Below are positions 18,481 through 28,438 of a stretch of DNA of 64,000 nucleotides, piece by piece. Source of the DNA: an uncultured Nitrospiraceae bacterium (GTDB lineage: Bacteria; Nitrospirota; Thermodesulfovibrionia; Thermodesulfovibrionales; SM23-35); NCBI GenBank assembly GCA_963718855.1, contig CAVRAA010000006.1:83583-147582 (forward strand), read 5' to 3'. Below the pieces are notes generated by a model. That model saw only the letters and a list, made by a program, of their open reading frames with translations. It was not told the origin of the DNA and searched no databases. Within the stretch, counting starts at the first letter, position 1; every line of letters begins with the position of its first letter. A program made the translations under genes and the position numbers.

Positions 18481-19157
18481 ATTCGCTCATCTGTCCTGAA
18501 ATCTTTAATGGGGATGTGAAGGGTTTTTTTACACAGAAATCATTTGGAGCGGATATCGATAAGATATGCAGTATCATGTCGATCAGCAAAGAAGCTATCT
18601 ATCTCCCCGTGCAGAAACATACCGATTCAGTCTATATCCTCGACTCCGGAACTGATCCGGTAATCGCCGATGCTGTTATTACTGTAAAGCGGGAGATCTT
18701 GATTGGTGTCCAGGTTGCCGATTGCGTCCCAATCCTGCTCTGTGACCGGAGAAAGATGGTTATCGCGGCGGTCCATGCAGGCTGGAGGGGTACGGCTGCA
18801 CGGATAATCAGGAAGACAATCCATGCGATGTCCGAACATTTCAATTCAATCCCCGGGGACATTGTGATGGCCTGCGGTCCGAGCATACGCGGCTGCTGTT
18901 ATCAGGTGGGGAATGAGGTCATTGACGCAGTCTGCAGCGCGACCGGAGAAGGCAATTACCATGCACATAATGACGACGGCTCTTTCATAGACCTCTCCGC
19001 TGCCAACAGGTATCAGGCGATTTCGGCAGGCGTACCGGCTGAAAATATATGGATTGCGGATGACTGCACCTTCTGTAATCCCCGGAAATACCATTCTTTC
19101 CGCTATCATAAGAATCACGCCGGCCGTCAGGCCGGATTTATCGGGATATTCCAATAA
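18477..19157 (+). CDS. pgeF: YfiH/PgeF (DUF152) laccase-domain purine nucleoside phosphorylase-like protein
   Basis: Real start MNSLICPE overlaps the nnr stop as ATGA. Motifs are QKHTDSVYIL, ADCVPILL and HAGWRGT. The 498-aa track ORF 17661..19157 is an out-of-frame upstream extension. Confidence 0.85.
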   Translation: MNSLICPEIFNGDVKGFFTQKSFGADIDKICSIMSISKEAIYLPVQKHTDSVYILDSGTDPVIADAVITVKREILIGVQVADCVPILLCDRRKMVIAAVHAGWRGTAARIIRKTIHAMSEHFNSIPGDIVMACGPSIRGCCYQVGNEVIDAVCSATGEGNYHAHNDDGSFIDLSAANRYQAISAGVPAENIWIADDCTFCNPRKYHSFRYHKNHAGRQAGFIGIFQ

Positions 19158-19167
19158 AGGCGTTGGT

Positions 19168-19611
19168 ATGAAGCACTACACGAGCAAAGGGCCGGAAGAG
19201 ACGAAAGAGATCGGTTACCGCCTGGGCATGTTGTTGAAACCCGGAGACGTCGTGGGGCTCTATGGTGAATTGGGTGCGGGGAAGACGACAATGGTAAAAG
19301 GGATTGCACGTGCGTTCGGCATCGACGAACGGGAGGTTACGAGCGCGAGCTTTACGATCATCTCTGAATATGAGACAAACCCTCCTTTTGCCCATATCGA
19401 TTTATACAGAATAGAGGACGCATCAGATCTTTCTGAAATCGGATTGTGGGACCAACTGGGCGGTGAGGGTATTTCGGTGATTGAATGGCCGGAGAAGGCA
19501 GGGGGATTACTTCCCGGGGACATGATCGCAGTTATGGTAAAATCTATTAATGATTTGTTGCGGGAAATAACAATAGAAGGAATCGATGAAAAAAATAGGA
19601 ATAATCTGTAA
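19168..19611 (+). CDS. tsaE: tRNA t6A biosynthesis ATPase
   Basis: MKHYTSKGPEETKEIGYRLG...LYGELGAGKTTMVKGIA. Confidence 0.85.
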   Translation: MKHYTSKGPEETKEIGYRLGMLLKPGDVVGLYGELGAGKTTMVKGIARAFGIDEREVTSASFTIISEYETNPPFAHIDLYRIEDASDLSEIGLWDQLGGEGISVIEWPEKAGGLLPGDMIAVMVKSINDLLREITIEGIDEKNRNNL

Positions 19612-20437
19612 GACAGGCGTATCCGAACCGGCCGAAATTGTAAAAGGGCTTCTGCCATGGCTCAGGAAAAAAGGCTGCATAATGTTTGTGGATAGCGAGA
19701 CTGCCGCTCTTCTGAAGATAGAGGGCACGCCCCGTTCACAGATCCCTGCATTGGCGGATATCATAGTAGTCCTCGGCGGAGACGGCACCATGCTGAGCGT
19801 CGCAAGACTCGTGGGAGAAAAAGGGACCCCGATTCTCGGCGTCAATATCGGGGGCCTCGGATTCCTTACGGCTGTGCATAAGGATGAAATCTACGAAGTG
19901 CTCGAAAAAGTACTTACTGAAGAGTGCTCCGTGGAGGAACGGATTATGCTGACGGCGAGCGTAATCAGACAAAGCGAATGCATTGCCGACTATATTGTTG
20001 TCAATGACGTTGTGGTGAACAAGGGAGCCCTTGCGAGGATCATTGACCTCGAGACGTACATCGAACACAGCTACGTAGCCACCTTCAAGGCGGATGGGTT
20101 AATCGTCTCGACTCCGACCGGTTCGACCGCCTACGCGCTCTCTGCCGGAGGGCCGATACTTTACCCGACCTTAAACAGCATTGTTCTTGCTCCGATATGT
20201 CCGCATACCCTTACCAACAGGCCTATTGTCCTGCCTGACAATATGCTGGTAGAAATTGTCCTCAGGTCGCGGAATGAGGATGTGTTTCTTACGATTGACG
20301 GTCAGGTCGGTTTTTCGCTCCGTCAGGGAGATACCATTGAAGTGAAGAAATCACCGTATAAAGCAAAGTTTTTTATCCCCTGCGAGCGGGACTACTTCGC
20401 AATCCTGAGGACGAAACTGAAGTGGGGGGAACGATAA
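19586..20437 (+). CDS. nadK: NAD kinase
   Basis: 283 aa with VVLGGDGTMLS and STPTGSTAYALSAGGPI motifs. Confidence 0.9.
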   Translation: MKKIGIICKTGVSEPAEIVKGLLPWLRKKGCIMFVDSETAALLKIEGTPRSQIPALADIIVVLGGDGTMLSVARLVGEKGTPILGVNIGGLGFLTAVHKDEIYEVLEKVLTEECSVEERIMLTASVIRQSECIADYIVVNDVVVNKGALARIIDLETYIEHSYVATFKADGLIVSTPTGSTAYALSAGGPILYPTLNSIVLAPICPHTLTNRPIVLPDNMLVEIVLRSRNEDVFLTIDGQVGFSLRQGDTIEVKKSPYKAKFFIPCERDYFAILRTKLKWGER

Positions 20438-20493
20438 AATAGAAGGTAGGAGGTAGTAGGTAGGAAAAACAGTGCATACATATAAAACAGAAT

Positions 20494-20559
20494 GTCATTC
20501 CCCGACTCGATCGGGGAATCCAGAAGACGCTGGATTGTCCGGTCAAGCCGGACAATGAC
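20494..20559. repeat. GTCATTCC...GACAATGAC double-hairpin intergenic element
   Basis: gtcattccccgactcgatcggggaatc followed by ggattgtccggtcaagccggacaatgac. It is preceded by a GTAGGTAG-type motif at 20442-20464. Confidence 0.55.
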
Positions 20560-20577
20560 AATTTTATTATTGAGTAA

Positions 20578-21267
20578 ATGCGAATGAACAGAGAACAATT
20601 TTCGATTGCCGTTAAAGATGTCTTTGCGTTTTACGAGGCGATGGGGTTCGAGCGCCTGCCGATTCCGGTGAAGCCGGTAATCAGGAACAGCGCGTCCGGG
20701 GCCGGGGAGGCTGCATTGGATGCGTTGAGATCAATGATCGGCGATTGCCGGAAATGCAAACTTTCACAACAGAGGACGCATATCGTCTTCGGCGAGGGTA
20801 ATGCCAATGCAAGGCTGATGTTTATCGGCGAGGCGCCGGGCAGGGAGGAAGACCTCCAGGCCCGACCGTTTGTGGGAGAAGCAGGGACCCTCCTTACGCG
20901 TCTGATAGAAAAAATGGGTTTTACACGAGCGGATGTGTATATTGCCAATATTGTGAAGTGCCGGCCTCCGATGAACCGCGACCCTGATCCCGAAGAGATC
21001 GAAATGTGCAGAGGGTTTGTGGAGAAGCAGATAGAAATAATACAGCCGAAGGTGATCATGTCTCTGGGACGCATATCTTCCCAGACGCTTACCGGCGACA
21101 CGAAACTGAAGATAACAGCTGTCCGCGGCAGAAGATTCGATTATAAAGGGATTCCCATGATACCGACGTTTCATCCTGCGTATCTCATCAGGACCCCCAA
21201 GGATAAATGGCTCACGTGGGCTGATGCGCAGAAGGTCATGGAGTTATTGGGGAAGAGGGAGATCTGA
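20578..21267 (+). CDS. Family 4 uracil-DNA glycosylase
   Basis: FIGEAPGREEDLQARPFVG, the HPAYL motif, and CRKCKL Fe-S cysteines. Confidence 0.85.
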   Translation: MRMNREQFSIAVKDVFAFYEAMGFERLPIPVKPVIRNSASGAGEAALDALRSMIGDCRKCKLSQQRTHIVFGEGNANARLMFIGEAPGREEDLQARPFVGEAGTLLTRLIEKMGFTRADVYIANIVKCRPPMNRDPDPEEIEMCRGFVEKQIEIIQPKVIMSLGRISSQTLTGDTKLKITAVRGRRFDYKGIPMIPTFHPAYLIRTPKDKWLTWADAQKVMELLGKREI

Positions 21268-21746
21268 TGAAAACATTATGGGCGCCATGGAGAATGGGGT
21301 ATATCCTTTCCGACAAGACAGAAGGGTGCATCTTCTGTGAACTGCCGAAACAGAACAACGACAGGGAAAATCTCATCCTTTACCGAAGTTCCCATACCTA
21401 CATCATCATGAACCGTTATCCGTATAACAACGGACATATCATGGTCGTCCCCTATCTCCACGCTCCTTCGCTCGACGGTCTGAATGACGAAACCATGCTC
21501 GACTTGATGAAGGTTGCCCGCCATGCCGTCAGTTCGGTCAAAAAGGCTTTTATGCCGGAAGGCTTCAATATCGGCATCAATCTCGGCAAGGTCGCCGGGG
21601 CCGGGATGGAAACGCATATCCACCTCCATATAGTGCCGAGATGGGCGGGAGATACCAGTTTCATGACAGTGTTCGACGACGTCAGGGTGATCCCGGAGCA
21701 CGTTCTGAGCACGTACGACAAGCTTTTTGCCGCACTGCATTCATGA
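21267..21746 (+). CDS. HIT-family nucleotide hydrolase/transferase
   Basis: 159 aa with the histidine triad HIHLHIVPR. The start overlaps the preceding stop as ATGA. Confidence 0.85.
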   Translation: MKTLWAPWRMGYILSDKTEGCIFCELPKQNNDRENLILYRSSHTYIIMNRYPYNNGHIMVVPYLHAPSLDGLNDETMLDLMKVARHAVSSVKKAFMPEGFNIGINLGKVAGAGMETHIHLHIVPRWAGDTSFMTVFDDVRVIPEHVLSTYDKLFAALHS

Positions 21747-22705
21747 CTTCTGCAGGTCGTATCAACTGCCGTTTCGTCCTTTTGCTTCTGATACTGGCCA
21801 CTTCAATGCTCATCCCGGAAGTTTCTTATGGACGCATCGTAGACCGGGTGCTCGCCACAGTTGGAGGTGAGGCAATTACGCTCGCGGATTATCAGAAGTT
21901 TGTAAGAACCGGCGGCGACGTGAGCATCAACGAAACGGTTGAACAGGATATCCTGCAAAAAATGATCGAAGAAAAGATCATGCTTCGGGAGGCGAAAAGG
22001 AAAGGCGTGGAGGTAAGCGACGCCGAGGTTGACAAAACGATAGCAGAGGTTAAGCAGCAATACAGCCTTTCTCCCGATGAGCTGGAAAAAATGCTGCATG
22101 AAGAGGGTACGACCCTCGCGGCATACAGGACGAAAACGAGAGAAACGATAATGATATCAAGACTGATAGACAGCGATGTTGATGCAAAAGTTTTTATCGG
22201 GGACCGGGAGATCGATGAATATTATCGTGCAAATCAAAAGGAATTCGTGAGCAGTCCTGAAACAGTAGACGTTAAGGCCATCTTTCTCAGACTGCGTGAG
22301 GGAGCTTCTGTGACGGAGCTTACCGATCTGAAGCTTAAGACACTGAAGGTAGCCTCACTCCTTCAGGAAGGCGAATATTTTGACAGACTGCTCTATGAAT
22401 ACTCAGACGAACCTCTGAAAAGCAATGAGGGCGTACTCGGACAATTTACAAGAGGTGCATTAGTGCCGCGGCTGGACAGTGTTGCATTTGCCCTGCGGGA
22501 AGGCGAAACAAGCAGTCCTGTATGGGTAAGTGAAGGCGCCTATATCCTTCAGCTTGTTCGAAGGAACAGCGAACAGTACAAAACGCTTTCTGAAGTAAAG
22601 GAGGAGATCCGTCATCGCCTGCACACACAAAAGAGAGAAAAAATATTCAATGAATGGCGCAAGACATTATGGGAAGAAGCGTTCGTTACAATAAACCAAC
22701 CGTAA
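21743..22705 (+). CDS. SurA-like periplasmic chaperone/PPIase (second copy)
   Basis: Start MTSAGRINCRFVLLLLILATS (signal peptide) overlaps the HIT stop. The SurA N-domain reads IVDRVLATVGGEAITLADY, and a parvulin-like C-terminus is present. Confidence 0.7.
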   Translation: MTSAGRINCRFVLLLLILATSMLIPEVSYGRIVDRVLATVGGEAITLADYQKFVRTGGDVSINETVEQDILQKMIEEKIMLREAKRKGVEVSDAEVDKTIAEVKQQYSLSPDELEKMLHEEGTTLAAYRTKTRETIMISRLIDSDVDAKVFIGDREIDEYYRANQKEFVSSPETVDVKAIFLRLREGASVTELTDLKLKTLKVASLLQEGEYFDRLLYEYSDEPLKSNEGVLGQFTRGALVPRLDSVAFALREGETSSPVWVSEGAYILQLVRRNSEQYKTLSEVKEEIRHRLHTQKREKIFNEWRKTLWEEAFVTINQP

Positions 22706-24624
22706 GCGTAGTCATATTCCTGACTCTGCTTTTCCTCAGCTCTGTGCAGAGCTACGCGTCATACAGGGAGTATGACCTCCTGCAGAAGGGATATGAAAGT
22801 TATCTTTCCTATCAACCTGAGAAGGCAGCAGAAGAATTCAGGACGTTCCTGCAGGAGTTTCCCGACAGTTCTGCCAGGGATGCGGCATTGTTCTGGCTGG
22901 GAAAATCCCTGATGCAGGCAAAGTCCACCGATGAGGCCGGGCATGTTTTTACAGAGCTTAAACGGCAATTCCCGGATAGCCCGTTTGTAGCGTTTATTGT
23001 GACGCCATCAGAGTTCCCGGAGAGTGAAAAAATCGCCGCAATAAAAGAAACGGAACTGGTCAAGAAAACGGATGAGACCCTAACAGCACCGACAATAATG
23101 ACAGATACAGCAGCGACTTCGGAGACACCATCTGAAAAAGAGCCTGAAACAACTCAGTCGTCTATAGCAATACAACAGCAAATGAGCGAGACTCTCTCTC
23201 CGGAGAGGTCGCAAACAGTCAACGTGGAGAATATAGAAGATCGGGAGCCTATACTTTCTGAGTCCGAGACGGCGTCGGAAGACAGTGTGCTGGCGAAAAA
23301 AGATGAACCTGTTGTGATGGACGCTGAGGTGAAAGAACCAGCGGTGAAAGAGCCTGAAGTCAAGGAGCCCGCTCAGTTACCCGAATCTCAGGGAACTGGA
23401 GAGGAAACCGGAAAGCAGGCTGTCGCAGAGGAGCAGAAATTGCCGGCAATACCAGAACAGCCACAGTCTGATAGCGCCGGAGGTATGCTTCCTGAAGGAG
23501 GACCGCCGATCCTGGCTGACAAAGTGGACGAACCACCGGCAGAGAATATCAAACCTGCGCAGGAGCCGTACGAAGCTGTAGAAGAGCATGCATCACAACT
23601 CTCAGGCATTCCTGACAAACAAGGAATCGATGCGCAGGTAGTGGTAACATCTGATGTAGCATTGCCGGTGATTGTCCCTCTGGACGCAGTTCCGGAACCA
23701 GAGACTATCAAGACACCTGAAACAGTAGTTGCTACAACAATAGCCGGAGAGCAGGAAGCCGTGAGCCTCCTGCCTGAATTGTCACCAGATCAAGCATCCG
23801 ATAGTATGAAAAAGGTTGAAGAACCAGCGGGAAAGGAATCCGAAGTAAAAGAGCCGGTAGTGAGTGAACCTGAGGTCAAAGAACCTGAGGTCAAAGAACC
23901 TGCTCCATTACAGGAGGTTCAAGCAACAGGTGAAGAAGCCGGTAAGCCGACTGTCGAAGGAACAAAGGAATTGCCATCAGAAAAAGAAGAGGCGAGGTCA
24001 GATCAGATAGTTCTCAATAAGGTAGGCATTCAGGGCGCATTATGGTCGACCGGGGATCGCAATCAGGACTTTATTGATGAACAGATTCTCTACAATGAGG
24101 CAGTCAAGCTAAACCTTTCAGTTGATGAAGATGAATTGAACGAACTGCGTGAGCGGTATACACTCGGCATAGAAGAAGTTGACTACCTGAAACGGTTTCT
24201 CCTCATTTGTAAGCTGATCGACAAAAAAGCCAGGGAGCTTCCCGGGGACAAGAGAGTGGAGGTCATGTCGGTAGGATATAAGAATGCCGGGCAGGGTGAG
24301 CGCCCGGAGCTTGCCGCCGAGCTTCAGTCATTGGCGAACAAGGGTGATACGTTTGAAGACATTAGCAGATCATATCCGGATATTGTGCATTTCAAGACTA
24401 TCGCAATGCAGGAGCTGCCGGACTGGATTCATGAGCGGATACAGGGACTGCAGAATTATGAAGTCGGTGCGATCTGGTCTGAAGAGGGGTACATGATTCT
24501 CAAGCCCATCATACAAATTTACTCCTATGACCCGTTTGAGGAACTGTCATCTCAGGAAAAAGAGAAACTAACCGCGTATATCCGAGCATGGATCACCGAA
24601 CTGAAAGGAGCGACTCCCCGGTAA
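22654..24624 (+). CDS. Secreted TPR (YbgF-like) protein with a long acidic Pro/Glu-rich repeat linker and a SurA-like C-terminal region
   Basis: 656 aa. The exact start is uncertain and overlaps the previous gene. The TPR region includes AAEEFRTFLQEFPDSSARDAALFWLGKS. There are two internal copies of an (E/A)VKEP repeat block. Confidence 0.6.
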   Translation: MAQDIMGRSVRYNKPTVSVVIFLTLLFLSSVQSYASYREYDLLQKGYESYLSYQPEKAAEEFRTFLQEFPDSSARDAALFWLGKSLMQAKSTDEAGHVFTELKRQFPDSPFVAFIVTPSEFPESEKIAAIKETELVKKTDETLTAPTIMTDTAATSETPSEKEPETTQSSIAIQQQMSETLSPERSQTVNVENIEDREPILSESETASEDSVLAKKDEPVVMDAEVKEPAVKEPEVKEPAQLPESQGTGEETGKQAVAEEQKLPAIPEQPQSDSAGGMLPEGGPPILADKVDEPPAENIKPAQEPYEAVEEHASQLSGIPDKQGIDAQVVVTSDVALPVIVPLDAVPEPETIKTPETVVATTIAGEQEAVSLLPELSPDQASDSMKKVEEPAGKESEVKEPVVSEPEVKEPEVKEPAPLQEVQATGEEAGKPTVEGTKELPSEKEEARSDQIVLNKVGIQGALWSTGDRNQDFIDEQILYNEAVKLNLSVDEDELNELRERYTLGIEEVDYLKRFLLICKLIDKKARELPGDKRVEVMSVGYKNAGQGERPELAAELQSLANKGDTFEDISRSYPDIVHFKTIAMQELPDWIHERIQGLQNYEVGAIWSEEGYMILKPIIQIYSYDPFEELSSQEKEKLTAYIRAWITELKGATPR

Positions 24625-24668
24625 GCCCTGTATCCCATTGGGTGTCAATTACCGGTTGGAAGAATTTT

Positions 24669-25409
24669 ATGCGTAACATTAAACTTGTTTTGGAATACGA
24701 CGGTCGCCGTTATAAAGGATGGCAGCGCCAGACGACTACTAACAGCACGGTTCAGGGAAACATTGAGCATGTGTTGCAACTTATGACAGGAGAAAAAATT
24801 GAGCTACATGGATCAGGCCGCACAGACACCGGAGTTCATGCCCTTGGTCAAGTTGCAAATTTTCATACTCAAAGTCAAAAGGGACTTTCCGAAATAGAGG
24901 ACTACCTTCATAAATACTTTCCCGATGATATTAATCTTCTGGACATCCAGGAAATGCCTGAACGCTTCCATTCAAGGCTGAATTCAAAAGGGAAACAGTA
25001 CGTATACCAGATTTGGAACCATCCTTATAAAAAAAATGTCTTTAACAGGCACTATTATTATCACATAAGAAAACCTTTGCATATTGAAAAAATGAAACAG
25101 GCTGCGGATTTATTTGTTGGAACCAAAGACTTTCGGAGTTTTACGGCCGTGAAGTCCAAGAACAAATCGACTGTTCGGACACTCTCGAAGATTGAAATTC
25201 TTAAAAAAGAAAGTGAAATCACTATCAGTTTTTCCGGAGATGGTTTTCTTCATAGAATGGTGCGAGTGATTACCGGGACAATTATTCAAGCTGGTTTAGG
25301 AGAGCTTTCTGTTTCAGAAATTAAAGAAATGTTTGAAAAGGAAAAACGCTCAGCGGCCGGCTTTACAGCTCCTCCTCACGCCTTGTTTCTGGTTAAGGTC
25401 ATTTATTGA
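24669..25409 (+). CDS. truA: tRNA pseudouridine(38-40) synthase
   Basis: MRNIKLVLEYDGRRYKGWQRQ and GSGRTDTGVHALGQVANF. Confidence 0.9.
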   Translation: MRNIKLVLEYDGRRYKGWQRQTTTNSTVQGNIEHVLQLMTGEKIELHGSGRTDTGVHALGQVANFHTQSQKGLSEIEDYLHKYFPDDINLLDIQEMPERFHSRLNSKGKQYVYQIWNHPYKKNVFNRHYYYHIRKPLHIEKMKQAADLFVGTKDFRSFTAVKSKNKSTVRTLSKIEILKKESEITISFSGDGFLHRMVRVITGTIIQAGLGELSVSEIKEMFEKEKRSAAGFTAPPHALFLVKVIY

Positions 25410-25482
25410 ACCTGACAACAGTCTGTTTTTTGTTATATTTTTTATCAGCAGTCTTATAGTGCGCAATCCAATATCGATCCGG

Positions 25483-27393
25483 TTAGTCGGCTTCTCCCTG
25501 CACTGTTTCCACACTTCCTGAAAGATACCGGTAGAATGAATATATCATGTCCAGAAGCACTATGACTGCGAGCGCAGCCATGAAAAAGACAAGGAATGCG
25601 TCGATCTTGAACATCGTTGCCTCTGCCTGCGATACCGAGGCAGCCGCTTTGTCCCTGAATATCCAGATCAGCTGCCACGACGCCGTGAAGGTCGTGGTGA
25701 ACATAAAGAGCATGGGGATAAAGGTCACCCATGCATATTTCAATTTACCCGCCTTAACGATAATGACAGTGCCCACCCCGAAGGCGATTGCTGCAAGGAG
25801 CTGGTTTGCAACGCCGAACATTGGCCAGATTGATGATATGTTGCCTGAATAGATGAGATAGCTCCACGCTCCCACGACGAGGAGGCTTGCAATGATATTG
25901 CCGGGCATCCACCCTGTCTTTGCGAACGGCTTGTAGACTTTACCCCCGAGTTCCTGGAGCAGAAAACGGGCGACTCTTGTGCCGGTATCGACGGTGGTGA
26001 GGATGAACAAAGCCTCGAACATGAGAGCGAAGTTATACCAGTACGGCATCAGTCCTTTCATGCCGGGAATACCCGACAGGATCGATGCCATGCCGACGGC
26101 GAGTGAGACCGCGCCGCCCGGCCTTCCGGCGACGTCAGTGCCGACCATCGATGAAAGCTCCCTCACTCTCTCGACCGGAAAGCCTAGGCCGGCAAGGGCC
26201 TCAAACGAGAGACTGGTATTGATGGCGAAATAATCGCCGGGAATCAATATCGTTGCAGCGATCAAGTGCCATAGTTGCTACAAAGCCTTCCACCAGCATG
26301 GCCCCGAACCCTATGAGCGGAATGTCTCTCTCGCTCATGATCATTTTGGGAGTGGTGCCGGATGAGATCAGGGAATGGAAACCGGATATTGCGCCGCATG
26401 CGATGGTAATGAACATGAAGGGAAACAATTTTCCGGGAATGATCGGACCGCCTCCTTCCGTGAACCTCGTAACAGCAGGCATCTGTATGGTGGGGGCTAT
26501 GACGATCACGCCGACCGCGAGGAGGAAGATTGTTCCTATCTTCATGTAGGTAGAAAGGTAATCCCTCGGGCAGAGAAGCATCCAGACAGGGAGCACCGAG
26601 GCGATAAAACCGTACACGGCGATGGAGAGGACGAGATTGTTCTTCGAAAGATTAAAAAACGGCGCGAGAAAAGAGCCCGGTATGAAATGGCCTGAAAATA
26701 CTGCTATGAGAAGGAGAAGTACGCCGATAGCGCTCATTTCGAAAATCCTGCCGGGTCGAATCCGGTAAAGGTAAAGTCCCATGAATAAGGCAATCGGGAT
26801 GCTCAGGGCAATGGTAAACGTCCCCCAGGGGCTCTTCGCCAGGGCATTCACTACGGCAAGCCCGAGGCCCGCAAGCGCGACGATGATGATAAAGAGAATC
26901 GCGATTGCTGCGGCGAAACCACCGACCGGCCCTATCTCATCGCGCGCTATCTGCGCGAGGGAGCGTCCATTCCTCCGTATAGAGGCGAAAAGAATGACCA
27001 TGTCGTGGACAGCGCCTCCGAGCGCGGCTCCGACCAGAATCCAGAGGAACCCCGGGAGATACCCGAACTGCGCAGCCAGCATCGGACCGATAAGGGACCT
27101 GCCCCGGCGATTGCAGCGAAGTGATGGCCGAACAAAACCCAGCGGTTTGTCGGATGGTAGTCGATGCCGTCAAAGAGCTTCTTTGCAGGGGTTGCGCGCT
27201 GGTCGTCGAGGGAAAGCACCTTTGCCGCAAGAAATGATGCGTAGAACCTGTACGCAATAACATAGAAACAGCCTGCGGCGACGACGAGCCAGAGGGCGTT
27301 AATCTTTTCTGCGGGGTGTACGACGCCTGCAACGACAGAGAGGGAAACTGCGGCGATAATCGAGATTGTTATCCAGAGGGCTTTCGTAAACAT
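25483..27393 (-). CDS. cstA: Carbon starvation protein A (peptide/pyruvate transporter family), split by two apparent frameshifts
   Basis: Three contiguous track ORFs (26947..27393, 26201..27082, 25483..26265) join seamlessly. [27 protein letters not shown] needs one extra nt near 27090. [21 protein letters not shown] needs removal of one nt near 26263. Confidence 0.85.
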
Positions 27394-27408
27394 CTTTCTT
27401 ATATTACC

Positions 27409-27699
27409 TTAAGTATTCTTATAAAAATCTTCGTCAGGCATATCATAGACGAAAAAATTTGAATCACAATCATAGATGGGACTCATGAGAAAATTTACTT
27501 CTCCCGGATATCTTTGGGCGGCGGAGAGCAGCTTTTCCTGAATGATGTTCCAGTCCTGTCCGGCATCGATATCGACAATGTAAAATGCATCAAGGAGCCG
27601 TATCCATGAATATCCATAGAGGCTCCCGATCATGGCGGCGTTCATTTCTGTTGAAAGTATTCCCCCTGATTTTACGTCCCAGGAGACTATGAAATGCAT
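27409..27699 (-). CDS. Hypothetical protein (96 aa) immediately upstream of cstA
   Basis: ORF only. I recognise no family. Confidence 0.4.
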   Translation of the reverse strand: MHFIVSWDVKSGGILSTEMNAAMIGSLYGYSWIRLLDAFYIVDIDAGQDWNIIQEKLLSAAQRYPGEVNFLMSPIYDCDSNFFVYDMPDEDFYKNT

Positions 27700-27854
27700 G
27701 CCGGATCTGCATTGGCGGCGGCAATGACGTTGTAGCGCATAATGCGGTATTCTATCAGACTGAGGAAAGAAACGTATATCATATCGGGTATGCGTGCGGT
27801 TTCCGGAGTCAATTCATTTACACAATTTCTCACTTTGAGGTACAATCATTGCAT

Positions 27855-28438
27855 ATGAAGTCATTTGATGAGGTGGTTGCTTTTCACGGGCATGCATGTC
27901 CCGGGCTAGCCCTGGGGTACAGGGTCGCCTTGTATGCCCTCAGGAAACTTGCTGGAAGAGCTTCTGATGAGGAGCTGGTGGCAATTGTTGAAAATAATTC
28001 GTGCGCCGTTGATGCGGTTCAGGTGATGACCGGATGCACATTCGGAAAAGGCAACCTCATTTTCAGGGATTACGGCAAGCAGGTCTATACGTTTATCGAC
28101 AGAACTTCCGGCAGCGGGGTGCGTATTGCAATTGACTGGACGCCGCCGAAAGAGACGGGCAAGAAAAAAAGCTGTGGGACAGGTACATGAAGGGCGACCG
28201 TTCTGCGAAGGTACTGAAAGCGGTCCATAACAGAAAAATGAAGAAAATCAGTGTGATACTGAATGCGAAAGATTCAGAGCTGCTCACGATAAAAAGAGGG
28301 AAAATGGTCATCCCGGATGAGGCAAGAATTTATCCCAGCATTCGCTGTGCTGTATGCGGCGAAAAGGTGATGGAGCCGAGGGCGCGGGTGACAAAGGGGA
28401 AGATGGTCTGCATCCCCTGCTTTGAAAAAGCAGAATGA
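27855..28438 (+). CDS. FmdE-family protein (formylmethanofuran dehydrogenase subunit E-like domain plus C-terminal zinc ribbon), split at an A7 run
   Basis: The FHGHACPGLALGYR motif is present. ORFs 27849..28190 and 28187..28438 join as ...PKETGKKK|LWDRYMKGDRS if the A7 run at 28164-28170 changes by one nt. The C-terminal ribbon reads CAVCGEKV...CIPCFEK. Confidence 0.75.

Noticed and set aside
17661-19157. 498-aa Arg/Gly/Cys-rich ORF
   Set aside because: The first ~270 codons are an alternative frame of nnr with low-complexity R/G/C content. Only the part from ATG 18477 (pgeF) is a real gene.
25483-27393. Three separate small CstA-like genes
   Set aside because: The pieces abut in the order of a single CstA protein. 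Each junction is repaired by a 1-nt change.
28187-28190. TGA at the end of ORF 27849..28190 as a possible selenocysteine codon
   Set aside because: The downstream ORF is in a different frame, and the join is explained by an A7 homopolymer indel. There is no SECIS-like hairpin.
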